This document shows positions 11,443-20,348 of a stretch of 64,000 nt of DNA, piece after piece. The translations under genes were made by a program, and so were the position numbers. Origin of the DNA: Elusimicrobiota bacterium. GTDB lineage: Bacteria > Elusimicrobiota > Elusimicrobia > UBA1565 > UBA9628. Position 1 is the stretch's first letter. Each line of letters begins with the position of its first letter. The DNA lies in assembly GCA_003151975.1 (NCBI GenBank), contig PLZD01000009.1:65508-129507 (forward strand), read 5' to 3'. Below the pieces are notes generated by a model, which saw only the letters and a list, made by a program, of their open reading frames with translations, was not told the DNA's origin and searched no databases.

Positions 11443-12443
11443 TTGGGCACCATGACGGCCTTCATCGTCGTGCGCGCGCGGATCTCGGAGACGGCGGCGT
11501 CGAATTCTTGAAGCGCGAAAGTCTTGGGCTTCAACGCGTCGACGGAAAATTTGCCGGAGCCGATGAGCTCCAGGGACTCGGTGAGATCCTCGGGCGCGGG
11601 CGAGTAGCTGCTCATGATGGTCAGCTCGCGGTGGTAGACCGCGTTGAGGTCCACCATAACGCCAGACGGGTGAAAGCTCGCGAAGATATTGAGAGTCCCG
11701 CCATCGCGCAGCCAGCCGGCGCGCTCGGAGACCATCGATGAAGGGCCCGCGGTGAAGATCAGCACGTCCAGGCCGCGGCCTTGCGTCTTGTCGCGCAAGG
11801 TCTGCTCGAACTCGGCCGCGTCCGTGAAGCCCTGGCCGTAGGCGGAGAGGTTTTTGGCGCGCGCGGCGTCGATGTCGAGGCCGAGAACGGCGCAGTTCTT
11901 GAGCTTCAGCAATTGCGCGGTCATCAGGCCCACGGCGCCCAGCCCGATGATGCCGATCGTATCGCCTTCCTCGGCCTTGAGGCGCTTGACGTTGCGCAGA
12001 CAGCACGAGAGCGGCTCGGTCTGAGACGCTTTGATCGCGTCGAGCCCGTTTTCGATCTTGAACATCGCATGCTGAACATGGAGCTCGGAGGCTTTGACAA
12101 GGTCTGCGAATCCGCCGGGATCGACATTGGTCGCCTTGAACTGCCGGCACATCGAGAACGAGCCGCGTTTGCAGTAGTGACAGCGCAGGCACGGCACGTG
12201 GTGCGCGAGCACGACGCGGTCGCCTTCTTTAAATCCTTTGACGCTGCGGCCGAGCTTGGACACGCGGCCGGCGATCTCGTGGCCGAGAATGGCGTGCGCG
12301 GGCTTGGCGGCGAGCTTCATGAGGTCGGTGCCGCACAGGCCGCAGGCGTCGACCGCGATCAGGGCTTCGGTGTCGGAGATCGCGGGAACGGGAAGCTCGG
12401 CCAGTGCGGCGCCGGAGGGGCTTGTGTAGATGATGGCCTTCAT
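11439..12443 (-). CDS. Zn-dependent alcohol dehydrogenase (MDR superfamily), paralog
   Basis: Start taken as MKAIIYTSP. Motifs GHEIAG, CLRCHYC and GLGAVG are present. It lies directly upstream of the second ADH. Confidence 0.8.
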   Translation of the reverse strand: MKAIIYTSPSGAALAELPVPAISDTEALIAVDACGLCGTDLMKLAAKPAHAILGHEIAGRVSKLGRSVKGFKEGDRVVLAHHVPCLRCHYCKRGSFSMCRQFKATNVDPGGFADLVKASELHVQHAMFKIENGLDAIKASQTEPLSCCLRNVKRLKAEEGDTIGIIGLGAVGLMTAQLLKLKNCAVLGLDIDAARAKNLSAYGQGFTDAAEFEQTLRDKTQGRGLDVLIFTAGPSSMVSERAGWLRDGGTLNIFASFHPSGVMVDLNAVYHRELTIMSSYSPAPEDLTESLELIGSGKFSVDALKPKTFALQEFDAAVSEIRARTTMKAVMVPK

Positions 12444-12484
12444 AAGGAGCGACGAGCAATTATAGCAAATCCCTCGACGAGGCA

Positions 12485-12513
12485 TTGACACCGGGAGCTC
12501 TGGTCCCTATACT
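12485..12513 (+). promoter_or_regulatory. Consensus sigma70-type promoter (TTGACA-17-TATACT) driving a leaderless transcript of the 12520 gene
   Basis: TTGACA at 12485-12490, a 17-nt spacer, TATACT at 12508-12513, and the ATG 6 nt downstream at 12520. Confidence 0.5.
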
Positions 12514-12519
12514 ACGGAA

Positions 12520-13788
12520 ATGACCGTCGTTCCTTGTCTCGGATGCGGCCAGTTGCTCGGACAGAAGGAAAGTTCCTGCCGCGCGTGCGGACGGCCTCGT
12601 GATCCATTGCCGGAAGCTCCGGCTCCGGAGCCTTCGCCTCCAGACCGGCGCAGCGCGGCCGGCGTCATCACCGTCGCGATCGCGCTAGCCGCGGCCATCG
12701 GCGGATTCGTCATCGGAAAAAAGCACGCGCCGACCGAGGCGCCGCCTCAACCGGTCGTCGCGGTCCGGCCGGCGGTCGTTTCCTCGCCCACGGTCGCTGT
12801 TTCTGTCGTTGCCGCGGCCCCCGTAAGCAGTTCCACGGCGGCGGCGCACGCCGAGGTCGCCGTCTCCAGCGGGCCCATGCCGGCGGCGTCCGTCGCGGTC
12901 GACGGCCCGGAGGCGCAGTTGAGCCCGGTGCCGACGGATATCGACCACATTCATCACACGATTTACGGACTCGTGTATGACTTGGCGACGAAGAAACCCG
13001 TTCGAGACCTTGAACTGAAATTCGCTCTGAGAAATCCCGGCAATGTGCCGTCGACGTGCCGGACCGATGCGCATGGTTGGTTCCGCATCGGTTTCCCCAG
13101 AGGCTGGCTTGAAGGTCCCACGGAGGTCTCGGCCGTCAATTCTCCGTTCAAGACCGGACCTGTCTTAGAGAAGAATCCTCCGCTGCGCTCGCGGTCCGAC
13201 GCGCGGCGCCGCGCCTTCGCCGAGGCGGATGCGTGCTCGCACAGACCGTTGACGATCCAGATTCCGGCGAACGCGCCGCTGGCCGAACTCAACATCGCGC
13301 TCATACCCGACGTCTGGCCGAAGGGGATGCCGCCGGCCGAACAGGTGGAGGCCGATGATCCTCCCGTCCCAGGCCGTCCCGCTCCATCGTGGTGCCGTTT
13401 CTACGGCATCGCCTACGACTTGGCGACCAGGCGGCCGATTCGAGCGCTGCCGCTTGCTTTGGTCCAGCAAGATTCGCAAGCCGAGCGTCATTTGACGACC
13501 GATTGCCTAGGGCGCTACTCCATCGATATTCCGATCTCGGACTCAGGAGCGACGCTGTTGTCTGCGCCCGACATTCCGGGCTACAAACCGGGGCTCGCCG
13601 CCGAGGAAGATCCGCCGCTGTTCGATTTGAGCGCCAGCGATCGCCATCATGTCGCCGACAGGATGGGAGAAGGCTTCGAGCCCCTTCCTTTGTCGTACGA
13701 CTGTTCTCAACAACTTGTCCGGCTAGACCTCGTGGCCGTTCCGAAGCGTTGGCCCAAGAATCCTCCGAGCTCCGAAAACGCCCCTTGA
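12520..13788 (+). CDS. Membrane-anchored protein: N-terminal Zn-ribbon (CxxC..CxxC), one TM helix, and two carboxypeptidase-regulatory-like beta-sandwich repeats
   Basis: The N-terminus reads CLGCGQ...CRACG, followed by the hydrophobic stretch ITVAIALAAAIGGFVIG. Two repeats follow: YGLVYDLATKKPVRDLEL...TDAHGWFRIGF and YGIAYDLATRRPIRALPL...TDCLGRYSI. Confidence 0.6.
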   Translation: MTVVPCLGCGQLLGQKESSCRACGRPRDPLPEAPAPEPSPPDRRSAAGVITVAIALAAAIGGFVIGKKHAPTEAPPQPVVAVRPAVVSSPTVAVSVVAAAPVSSSTAAAHAEVAVSSGPMPAASVAVDGPEAQLSPVPTDIDHIHHTIYGLVYDLATKKPVRDLELKFALRNPGNVPSTCRTDAHGWFRIGFPRGWLEGPTEVSAVNSPFKTGPVLEKNPPLRSRSDARRRAFAEADACSHRPLTIQIPANAPLAELNIALIPDVWPKGMPPAEQVEADDPPVPGRPAPSWCRFYGIAYDLATRRPIRALPLALVQQDSQAERHLTTDCLGRYSIDIPISDSGATLLSAPDIPGYKPGLAAEEDPPLFDLSASDRHHVADRMGEGFEPLPLSYDCSQQLVRLDLVAVPKRWPKNPPSSENAP

Positions 13789-13841
13789 CTGGCTGACGGA
13801 CCGGGGCTATCCTGGTTTCTAGGGGTCGCGGAGGTGGAATC

Positions 13842-14567
13842 ATGAAGCCATCGAGGGCTTTCATCTCACTAACGGCAATCGTGTTGTTGCTGCCCATCGC
13901 GTCGAGCTCTCAGATAAGCGCTCCCGATCCTGCGGCGACCGATGATAGTCCCTTGCCGGTAGCCACTCCGCAGCCCACGCCGGCGGCGCCGACGACCAAC
14001 GGAGGCGTCGTGATCCAAATCCCGATCGGCGGCGGCTCCGACCAGCAGACGGGGCCGGATCCCCTGAAACCGCTCCCGAAGGATTACCACCGCGATAGAC
14101 GCGCCCACGAGGAAATGCGCGAGGGAGAGCACGACCTCCGCAAGGGCATCCATGAAGAGGAGCGCGGGATGGCCTTGATCGATGAAGGAAAGAAAGAAGG
14201 CGGCCCCCAAGGCCGGGAACTCGAGGGCGAAGGCAAATCCCTTGTTCGGGCGGGCGAACACGAAGTGCGCGACGGCGAGCGCGACATTCATCGCGCTCGC
14301 CGGATCGAGCATGATTCCAACGCATCCTCGCGAAACCCGCTCCGCGAGGTCCACTATCGCGAAGTCCACTATGGAGAAAGGAGCCGCGAACAAGATCGTT
14401 CCGGAGTCGTGCGCGGCGGCATTCGCCAGTCCGGCGTGAGCAGAGTCTCCGGATCTGCGGGAGCGCAGACCGGCTCTACGCGATTCAATTCCGCCGGCAA
14501 CTCATCCGGAACCTACGAGCACCACAACAAGACGGGCGAGAAGAAGCCCAGCCAATTCGGACAGTAG
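13842..14567 (+). CDS. Secreted His/Glu/Arg-rich repeat protein (paralog of the 61025..61870 gene)
   Basis: Signal peptide MKPSRAFISLTAIVLLLPIASS. Core HRDRRAHEEMREGEHDLRKGIHEEERG...GRELEGEGKSLVRAGEHEVRDGERDIHRARRIEHD. A GGAGGTGGAATC RBS precedes the ATG. Confidence 0.6.
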   Translation: MKPSRAFISLTAIVLLLPIASSSQISAPDPAATDDSPLPVATPQPTPAAPTTNGGVVIQIPIGGGSDQQTGPDPLKPLPKDYHRDRRAHEEMREGEHDLRKGIHEEERGMALIDEGKKEGGPQGRELEGEGKSLVRAGEHEVRDGERDIHRARRIEHDSNASSRNPLREVHYREVHYGERSREQDRSGVVRGGIRQSGVSRVSGSAGAQTGSTRFNSAGNSSGTYEHHNKTGEKKPSQFGQ

Positions 14568-14630
14568 CGTGCCTTCCTTCCAAAATTGCGCCTCCGGCGT
14601 GGCAATTTCGTCGCACCCCGACGGTAATCG

Positions 14631-14639
14631 TGGTATAAT
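14631..14639 (+). promoter_or_regulatory. Extended -10 element TGGTATAAT upstream of lpxD
   Basis: TGnTATAAT lies 88 nt upstream of the lpxD ATG, in the only sizeable intergenic gap of the region. Confidence 0.35.
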
Positions 14640-14726
14640 GTATGGGCCAAGAGCGTACGCCGAAGGAATCGGTGGTTGCAGCGCGCATTCTCCCAGGCTC
14701 AGCAGTCGTTGCCGTACGGAGAAGCG

Positions 14727-15767
14727 ATGAATCTAAAGCAACTCGCCGAGCTCTTGAACGCCGAAGCCAAAGGTCCCGCCGATTATCCCATTATGGGAGT
14801 CCGTGACATCGCGGCGCTTTCGAAAGACGAGCCCCTGCTCGAAAACCAGGTCTATTTCATCGAAAACAACGCCGTGCTCAAGCGCCATCCGCTGGCGGGC
14901 AAGACCGGCGCGATTCTGACGACCCCCGAGTTCGCCGACAAGTTCGAGCACGCCATGATCGTCCCGCAGAAGGGCGCGCGGCTTGCGTTCATCGCTTTGC
15001 TCAAGCACTTTGAAAAGGCGCCCAAGTTCGCGCCGGGCGTCGATAACGGACCCCGCATTCACGCGAAGGCCGTCATCGATCCCAGCGCCTCGATCCTGCC
15101 GGGCGCGACCGTCATGGAAGGCGCCGTCATCGGCGCGCGGACCGTTCTTTATCCCGGCGTGGTCGTCGAGCCCTTCGCGACCATCGGCGCGGACACGACG
15201 ATTTTTCCCAACACCGTCATCGGCCACCACTGCGTGATCGGGGCGGACTGCATCCTGCACGGCTGCACGGTGATCGGCGCCGACGGCTTCGGCTTCATCG
15301 ACGAGCCCGGCAAGCGGCACAAAATCCCGCAGATAGGCAACGTAACCGTCGCCGACCATGTCGAGATGGGCTCCGGCTGCACGGTCGACCGCGCGACCAT
15401 CGAAAGCACGTCTATCGGCGAGAATACGAAGATCGACGACCAAGTCCACATCGGGCACAACGTCCGCGTGGGAAAATTCGTCTACATCGCCGGCCACTCG
15501 GGTCTGGCGGGGTCGGTCGTCGTCGAGGACTACGCGATGATCTCGGGCAACTGCGCCATCAAGGACCATGTCCGGGTCGCCAAAGGCTCGATTATCATGG
15601 GCCACTCGGGCGTCGCGCAGGACACGGTGCCCGGCGTCGCCTACTTCGGCACGCCCGCGCGCCCGGCCAAGCAGATGCACAAGATGCACGCCGCGCTCGA
15701 GCGCTTGCCGGAGCTTCTCGCGAAGGTCCGGGAACTCGAGAGCAAGATCAACGGCGTTCCGCTCTGA
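14727..15767 (+). CDS. lpxD: UDP-3-O-(3-hydroxyacyl)glucosamine N-acyltransferase
   Basis: Left-handed beta-helix hexapeptide repeats, the catalytic HHCVIG region, and an LpxD-type N-terminal domain. Start MNLKQ with a GGAG RBS. Confidence 0.9.
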   Translation: MNLKQLAELLNAEAKGPADYPIMGVRDIAALSKDEPLLENQVYFIENNAVLKRHPLAGKTGAILTTPEFADKFEHAMIVPQKGARLAFIALLKHFEKAPKFAPGVDNGPRIHAKAVIDPSASILPGATVMEGAVIGARTVLYPGVVVEPFATIGADTTIFPNTVIGHHCVIGADCILHGCTVIGADGFGFIDEPGKRHKIPQIGNVTVADHVEMGSGCTVDRATIESTSIGENTKIDDQVHIGHNVRVGKFVYIAGHSGLAGSVVVEDYAMISGNCAIKDHVRVAKGSIIMGHSGVAQDTVPGVAYFGTPARPAKQMHKMHAALERLPELLAKVRELESKINGVPL

Positions 15768-15804
15768 GCTTGACTTAGACCGCGCATTTGCGCGAAACTA
15801 GGTC

Positions 15805-16449
15805 GTGCGTTTACTGATAACGTCTTTATTGGCCGCGGGGAGCGTCTTGTTCTCCGCCTGCACGCCGCCGCTCGTCATCAAGGCGCAGAACGGCGATCTC
15901 GACGCGATCCGGGCGCTGCTCGCCAAGAATCCCGAGCAAGCCGTGAAGGACGAGGCGTTCGTCGAAGCGGTCACCGGGCGCCATGACGAGGCTGCTGCCC
16001 TTTTGCTCGACGGCGGCGCGAACGTCGAAGCCGCCAACGAGTTCCACGCGTCGGCGCTCAAGATCGCGGTAAACAAAGCCGACGCCGCGCTCGTCAAGCT
16101 CCTGCTCGACCGCAAGGCGCGCATGAATACGGCCTTCGACGCCCTCAATAACGCGTCGCCGACCATCGCAACGATTTTTCTCGACCACGGACTCGACCCT
16201 AACACGGGCGACGCGACGGGCGCCACTCCGCTGGCGCACGCGGCGTGCAGCGGCCAGACGGACCTCGTGAGGTTCTGGCTCGAGCACGGCGCCGATCCAA
16301 GGCTGGCGGGCAAGGCGTGCAAGATCTCGCATTTCGACGTGGAATCGGTCCAGGTGGTCTGCGACGCGACGGCCACCGCTCTTGAGTGCGCCAAATCCAA
16401 GGGCTACGCGCAGATCACGGCGCTGCTCGAGGCCGCGGCAAAGAAATAG
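15805..16449 (+). CDS. Ankyrin-repeat lipoprotein
   Basis: Lipobox LFSAC. Repeated ankyrin signatures (TPLAHAACSGQTDLVRFWLEHGADP and similar). Confidence 0.75.
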   Translation: MRLLITSLLAAGSVLFSACTPPLVIKAQNGDLDAIRALLAKNPEQAVKDEAFVEAVTGRHDEAAALLLDGGANVEAANEFHASALKIAVNKADAALVKLLLDRKARMNTAFDALNNASPTIATIFLDHGLDPNTGDATGATPLAHAACSGQTDLVRFWLEHGADPRLAGKACKISHFDVESVQVVCDATATALECAKSKGYAQITALLEAAAKK

Positions 16450-16544
16450 TTGCCCTAAGTACGCTTAGCGATACGCTCCCTTGACGCGAACTGGTTTCGG
16501 GGGCAAACTCTGGGGTGTGGAGCGCTCGGACTAGGGATCGTCGC

Positions 16545-17666
16545 ATGAATAGGAACTCCCCCAAGAGAAAAATATTTTTGATCGGAGCGATCCTCTCCTT
16601 GGGATTTGCGGGTCTGGTGCGGGCCCAGGATGATCCTCAGGATCCGCTGTTGAAGCAATTGCAGGATTCCGCATTTGCCAAGTACCAACATTCAGACTTT
16701 CATGGTGCTATGGAAGACTATGAAAAGGGCCTGGCACGGGCTAGAGCGATAAACAACCAAGGTGAGATCGGGAGATTTACCGGCGATATAGGCTTGATCT
16801 ATAGTGATCTCGGCAACAATAACAAGGCCATCGACTACTGCCAGCAGGCGCTCACGATTCATAGAAGCATCGGCGTAAAGAGGCGCGAGGCGACAAACCT
16901 GGACATTCTCTCGAGAGCGTACTTCAACCTCGGCGACTACGCCAAGTCGCTTGATTACGCGAATCAGACGATTAATGTCGCGAGAGAGATCGGCCGCAAG
17001 GATCGGATTCTCGATGCGCTCAGCACTATCGCGGCGATCTATCGCGTCCGCGGCGACAATGCCAAGGCCCTAGACAGTTTTCAGCAGTCGCTGGCTATTC
17101 GCAAGGAGATCAATGACGAGAAGGGTATGGCGGTGGACCTCGCCAATGTCGGCAATATTTTCATCGACTTTAAGCAATTTCCAACAGCTCTCGACTACGC
17201 GCAGCAGTCACTTGCGATGTCTTGGAAAATCGGCGACAGACAGGCGCAAGGAGAAAGTTTCACGACGCTGGGCAGGGCGTATGCGGGGCTTGGCGAAAAT
17301 GCAAAGGCTCTGGACTCTTACGAACAGGCCCTCAAAATTTATCAGGGCCTCGGCTACAAACGCGTTGAGGCGTCTATACTTGGCGACATATTCCTGTGCC
17401 ATTACGCTCTCCGCAAGTTCCCCGAGGCCTTGGATTGCCAGCAGAAGGCGCTGAGCATTCTCAAAAAAATCGGCGACAAGAATGAGACGGCGAGAACGCT
17501 ATGCAATATCGGTACGATTTATGAGGCGATGGGAGACAAGTCGAAATCGTTGGACTACTACGAACAGGCGCTGGAACTTTATCGGAAAATAGGGGGCAAG
17601 AGCGACGTGACTTGGGTACTCGGCAGGATTGATGTGGTCAATGGGACCGCCGAGAGGAAGCGTTAG
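16545..17666 (+). CDS. Tetratricopeptide-repeat protein with N-terminal signal/TM
   Basis: About 8 tandem 40-aa units of the form (A..LG..Y...G.Y.KA.DY..QAL.I), which is a TPR pattern. Hydrophobic N-terminus IFLIGAILSLGFAGLVRA. Confidence 0.75.
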   Translation: MNRNSPKRKIFLIGAILSLGFAGLVRAQDDPQDPLLKQLQDSAFAKYQHSDFHGAMEDYEKGLARARAINNQGEIGRFTGDIGLIYSDLGNNNKAIDYCQQALTIHRSIGVKRREATNLDILSRAYFNLGDYAKSLDYANQTINVAREIGRKDRILDALSTIAAIYRVRGDNAKALDSFQQSLAIRKEINDEKGMAVDLANVGNIFIDFKQFPTALDYAQQSLAMSWKIGDRQAQGESFTTLGRAYAGLGENAKALDSYEQALKIYQGLGYKRVEASILGDIFLCHYALRKFPEALDCQQKALSILKKIGDKNETARTLCNIGTIYEAMGDKSKSLDYYEQALELYRKIGGKSDVTWVLGRIDVVNGTAERKR

Positions 17667-19045
17667 TCGCGCGCAACGAGCTTGATGCGGCCGCCCTGGC
17701 CGTCGTAGACGATCGCGAGCTTCCGGGAAGGCGCCCCAGCCTCAGTCTTGAGTCCGTACACCTCCATCAGCGTCGTCAGCGCTTCGGGCACGACTTGATC
17801 GTGACGGACTTGGATGTCGATGGGGCCCGGCGTGTAGGCCTGCAGCGCGCGCGCGACCTCGATTTGATTTCCGAGCGTCTCGCCGTAGTGCATGCTCCGG
17901 TTGCCGCCGTCGTGGTGGAGCGTCACAATCGTGCCGACGAGGACCGCCGTCAAAGACACTCCGTAAACTCCGGCGAGGGTGTCGGCCCAAGCTCCCCAAC
18001 GCCGCGAAGCTTCGCTCAGCGCCGTCCAGATGAAGTAGAACGAGAACAACCAGCCCGGTCCCAGATAATGCGGATGCTCGTAGGCGCGCATGATTCCAAA
18101 TACTACGCACTGCGTCGCAAGCGAAGCCAGCGCCAGGCCCGCCATGTGAAAATCTCCGTCGCATTTCTTAGAGTCGCCGATTCCCTCGATCAGAGTTCGC
18201 ACGCAGAGAGCCATGCCAGCCCAGGCGAGCGGATAAGCGACGACCGTCACCGCCGCGGCCGCGCCTGATTTCCACTGATCGCCCAGAAAATAATCAAGAC
18301 CCTGCGCCGAGAAGAGCCGGCAGCCGAAGAGCGGGAAAAGGAATCCCTTCCACGCGGAATAGCTCGGCATGTCGATGGAATAACGCGGCGTCGTGATCAA
18401 ATGGAAGGCGTAGGGAGCGATCAGCGCGAGCTTGGCGGCGGCGAGCGCGCACAATAATTTCGGCCGCTCGACGAGCCAGCGCCAATGCAGCCACAAAAAA
18501 TGCGCCGCGATCGGCAAAGTCACGACGAGACCCATGAGATGCGTCAGGACGAGACAAACCCCGGCCAAGGTTGTGATCCAGAGCTTCCAGCCCTCGCGCT
18601 TGACGCAGAACGAGACATAGGACGCGATGCAGAGCGCCGAGAGGGGGAAATAGAACGTGTCCCAAAGAATCCGCGAGTAGAAAAATAGGTAGAAGGAGCA
18701 CAGCGCCAACGGAGCGAAGGCGGGACGCAAGTCCTCGCACGAGCGCGCAAGCCAAAGAAGCGAGACGATCGCCGCCGCGGCGAAAAGCGCCGCGCGGATC
18801 GTCACGATGAGGGGGAGGTCGCGCGTGAGGCCCAGCAAGACGCCGTAGAACCAAACCGCAAACGGCCCCATGTCGAAGCCGCGCGTGCCGGGAAGCCCGA
18901 AAGCCGCGCCGATTCCCTGCAAGGCTTTATGAAAAAATCGCGGCTCGTCGAAAATCCACGGCGCGTCGCCGGGCCAGAGCAGGCTCAAGGCGCCGAGCGC
19001 GACGCAAGCGAGCGCGATCATCGTCGTCGAGCGTTTGGACGCCAT
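17663..19045 (-). CDS. GT-C fold glycosyltransferase (ArnT/PMT family-39/83-like) integral membrane protein
   Basis: More than 10 TM segments. An N-terminal periplasmic-loop IFDEP motif resembles the DE catalytic motif of ArnT/PMT enzymes. Confidence 0.6.
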   Translation of the reverse strand: MASKRSTTMIALACVALGALSLLWPGDAPWIFDEPRFFHKALQGIGAAFGLPGTRGFDMGPFAVWFYGVLLGLTRDLPLIVTIRAALFAAAAIVSLLWLARSCEDLRPAFAPLALCSFYLFFYSRILWDTFYFPLSALCIASYVSFCVKREGWKLWITTLAGVCLVLTHLMGLVVTLPIAAHFLWLHWRWLVERPKLLCALAAAKLALIAPYAFHLITTPRYSIDMPSYSAWKGFLFPLFGCRLFSAQGLDYFLGDQWKSGAAAAVTVVAYPLAWAGMALCVRTLIEGIGDSKKCDGDFHMAGLALASLATQCVVFGIMRAYEHPHYLGPGWLFSFYFIWTALSEASRRWGAWADTLAGVYGVSLTAVLVGTIVTLHHDGGNRSMHYGETLGNQIEVARALQAYTPGPIDIQVRHDQVVPEALTTLMEVYGLKTEAGAPSRKLAIVYDGQGGRIKLVARD

Positions 19046-19064
19046 CGGGATAACTTACTATATT

Positions 19065-20270
19065 ATGCGTGTGCGCCATTTGAAGCTCGCCGCCGCCCTC
19101 ATGTTTGCCGCCATGACGGTCCTCGGCGGCGATCCCTCGCCCTCGATCATGATCAACGATCCCAATGCCATCACGCCGGAGATGGATCATTGGCTCATGA
19201 AGGGCATCGACGACATCTACCGCATGAAGTTCGACGACGCGGAGATCGACTCGCGCAAGGCGATCTCGCTCAACCCCGCGCACCCGCATCCCTACATGGG
19301 CCTGGCGGGCGTGTCCTGGACGCGCTACGTCTATGAGTCGGACCAGTGCGATCCTGGGTTGCTCGTCCCGTTCGAGGCGCGCACCGACGAGGCTCTGGCC
19401 GTCGCCAAGCGCTGGCTCAAGGCGCACCCCAAGGACGCCGAGGCGTGGTTCTGCATGGGCGCCGCCGACGGCGTCTCGAGCCGCCTGCACATCATCCGCC
19501 ATGAATGGGTCAAGGGCTACTTCCAAGGCCGCGACGCGATCAAGAACACCCGCATGGCCGTCAAGCTCGACCCGAAGCTTTGGGACGCTTATCTCGGCCT
19601 CGGCATGTACGACTACTACAGCGACGTCCTGTCCCGTCAGATCGGCGTGCTAGCCAGGATCGTGATTCGCGGAGACCGCCTCAAGGGCATCGAGACGCTC
19701 GAGATGGTCGCGGCGAAGGGCCACTACTCCGCGAACAACGCCAAGATCCTGCTCGTCGAGATTTATACGGAAGATCCGTACGGCGCCCGCAACCCCGCGC
19801 GCGCCGTCGAGCTCATGAAGGACCTGCGCAAGCAATACCCCGACAGCGCGATGATGCATGGGGCCCAGATCGTAGCCTGGCACGAGAACAAGCAGGATCA
19901 GAAGGTCCTCGAGGGCGCCAAGGACTATATCGCTCGCGCCAAATCGGGCAAGTACAATCCCATCGAAGAGTCGATGGGATTGGTGTCGTTGGGCTGCGCA
20001 CAATGGAATCTCGGGCACAAGGACGAAGCCCTGGCCTCTTTCCGCGAGGGCGAGAAAGGGACGTTTCAGGGCAAGATATCCCGCTGGGGCGTGTGGGCCT
20101 ACGTTCATGCCGCCCAGCTCGAGGATGTCCTCGGCCTGCGCAACGAGGCGATTCGCGATTACAAGTTCGTCATGAGCCAGCCCGACACCTGGGGCTTCTA
20201 CGCCATCGCCAAGGTGAACTACAACAAGCCCTACGCCGGTCCCGACTGCGGCCCCATCCCGCCTCCTTAA
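19065..20270 (+). CDS. TPR-like exported protein of unknown function
   Basis: Signal-like N-terminus LKLAAALMFAAMTVLGG, helical repeat-rich sequence, G/C-rich third positions. The antisense ORF on the other strand is Ala/Arg junk. Confidence 0.55.
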   Translation: MRVRHLKLAAALMFAAMTVLGGDPSPSIMINDPNAITPEMDHWLMKGIDDIYRMKFDDAEIDSRKAISLNPAHPHPYMGLAGVSWTRYVYESDQCDPGLLVPFEARTDEALAVAKRWLKAHPKDAEAWFCMGAADGVSSRLHIIRHEWVKGYFQGRDAIKNTRMAVKLDPKLWDAYLGLGMYDYYSDVLSRQIGVLARIVIRGDRLKGIETLEMVAAKGHYSANNAKILLVEIYTEDPYGARNPARAVELMKDLRKQYPDSAMMHGAQIVAWHENKQDQKVLEGAKDYIARAKSGKYNPIEESMGLVSLGCAQWNLGHKDEALASFREGEKGTFQGKISRWGVWAYVHAAQLEDVLGLRNEAIRDYKFVMSQPDTWGFYAIAKVNYNKPYAGPDCGPIPPP

Positions 20271-20348
20271 TAGTCCGGTAATCCCTTCGTAACGGTCCCC
20301 TAGTATAATGGGGCCGACATCATAGAACGCGACAACTATCGGCGCCGA

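Noticed and set aside
10423-12192. 589-aa version of the second alcohol dehydrogenase
   Set aside because: The first ~250 codons are out-of-frame read-through of the upstream ADH (Arg/Pro-rich nonsense). A GTG at 11442 in a GTGA overlap gives a normal 340-aa Zn-ADH.
16450-16514. Possible hairpin AGCGATACGCT downstream of the ankyrin gene
   Set aside because: Only a 4-bp stem with no U-tract. Too weak to call a terminator.
20291-20315. CCCCTAGTATAATGGGG stem containing a TATAAT upstream of the OMP gene
   Set aside because: The 4-bp G/C stem is marginal. The TATAAT may simply be the -10 of the OMP gene, 40 nt before its ATG, and no matching -35 is evident.
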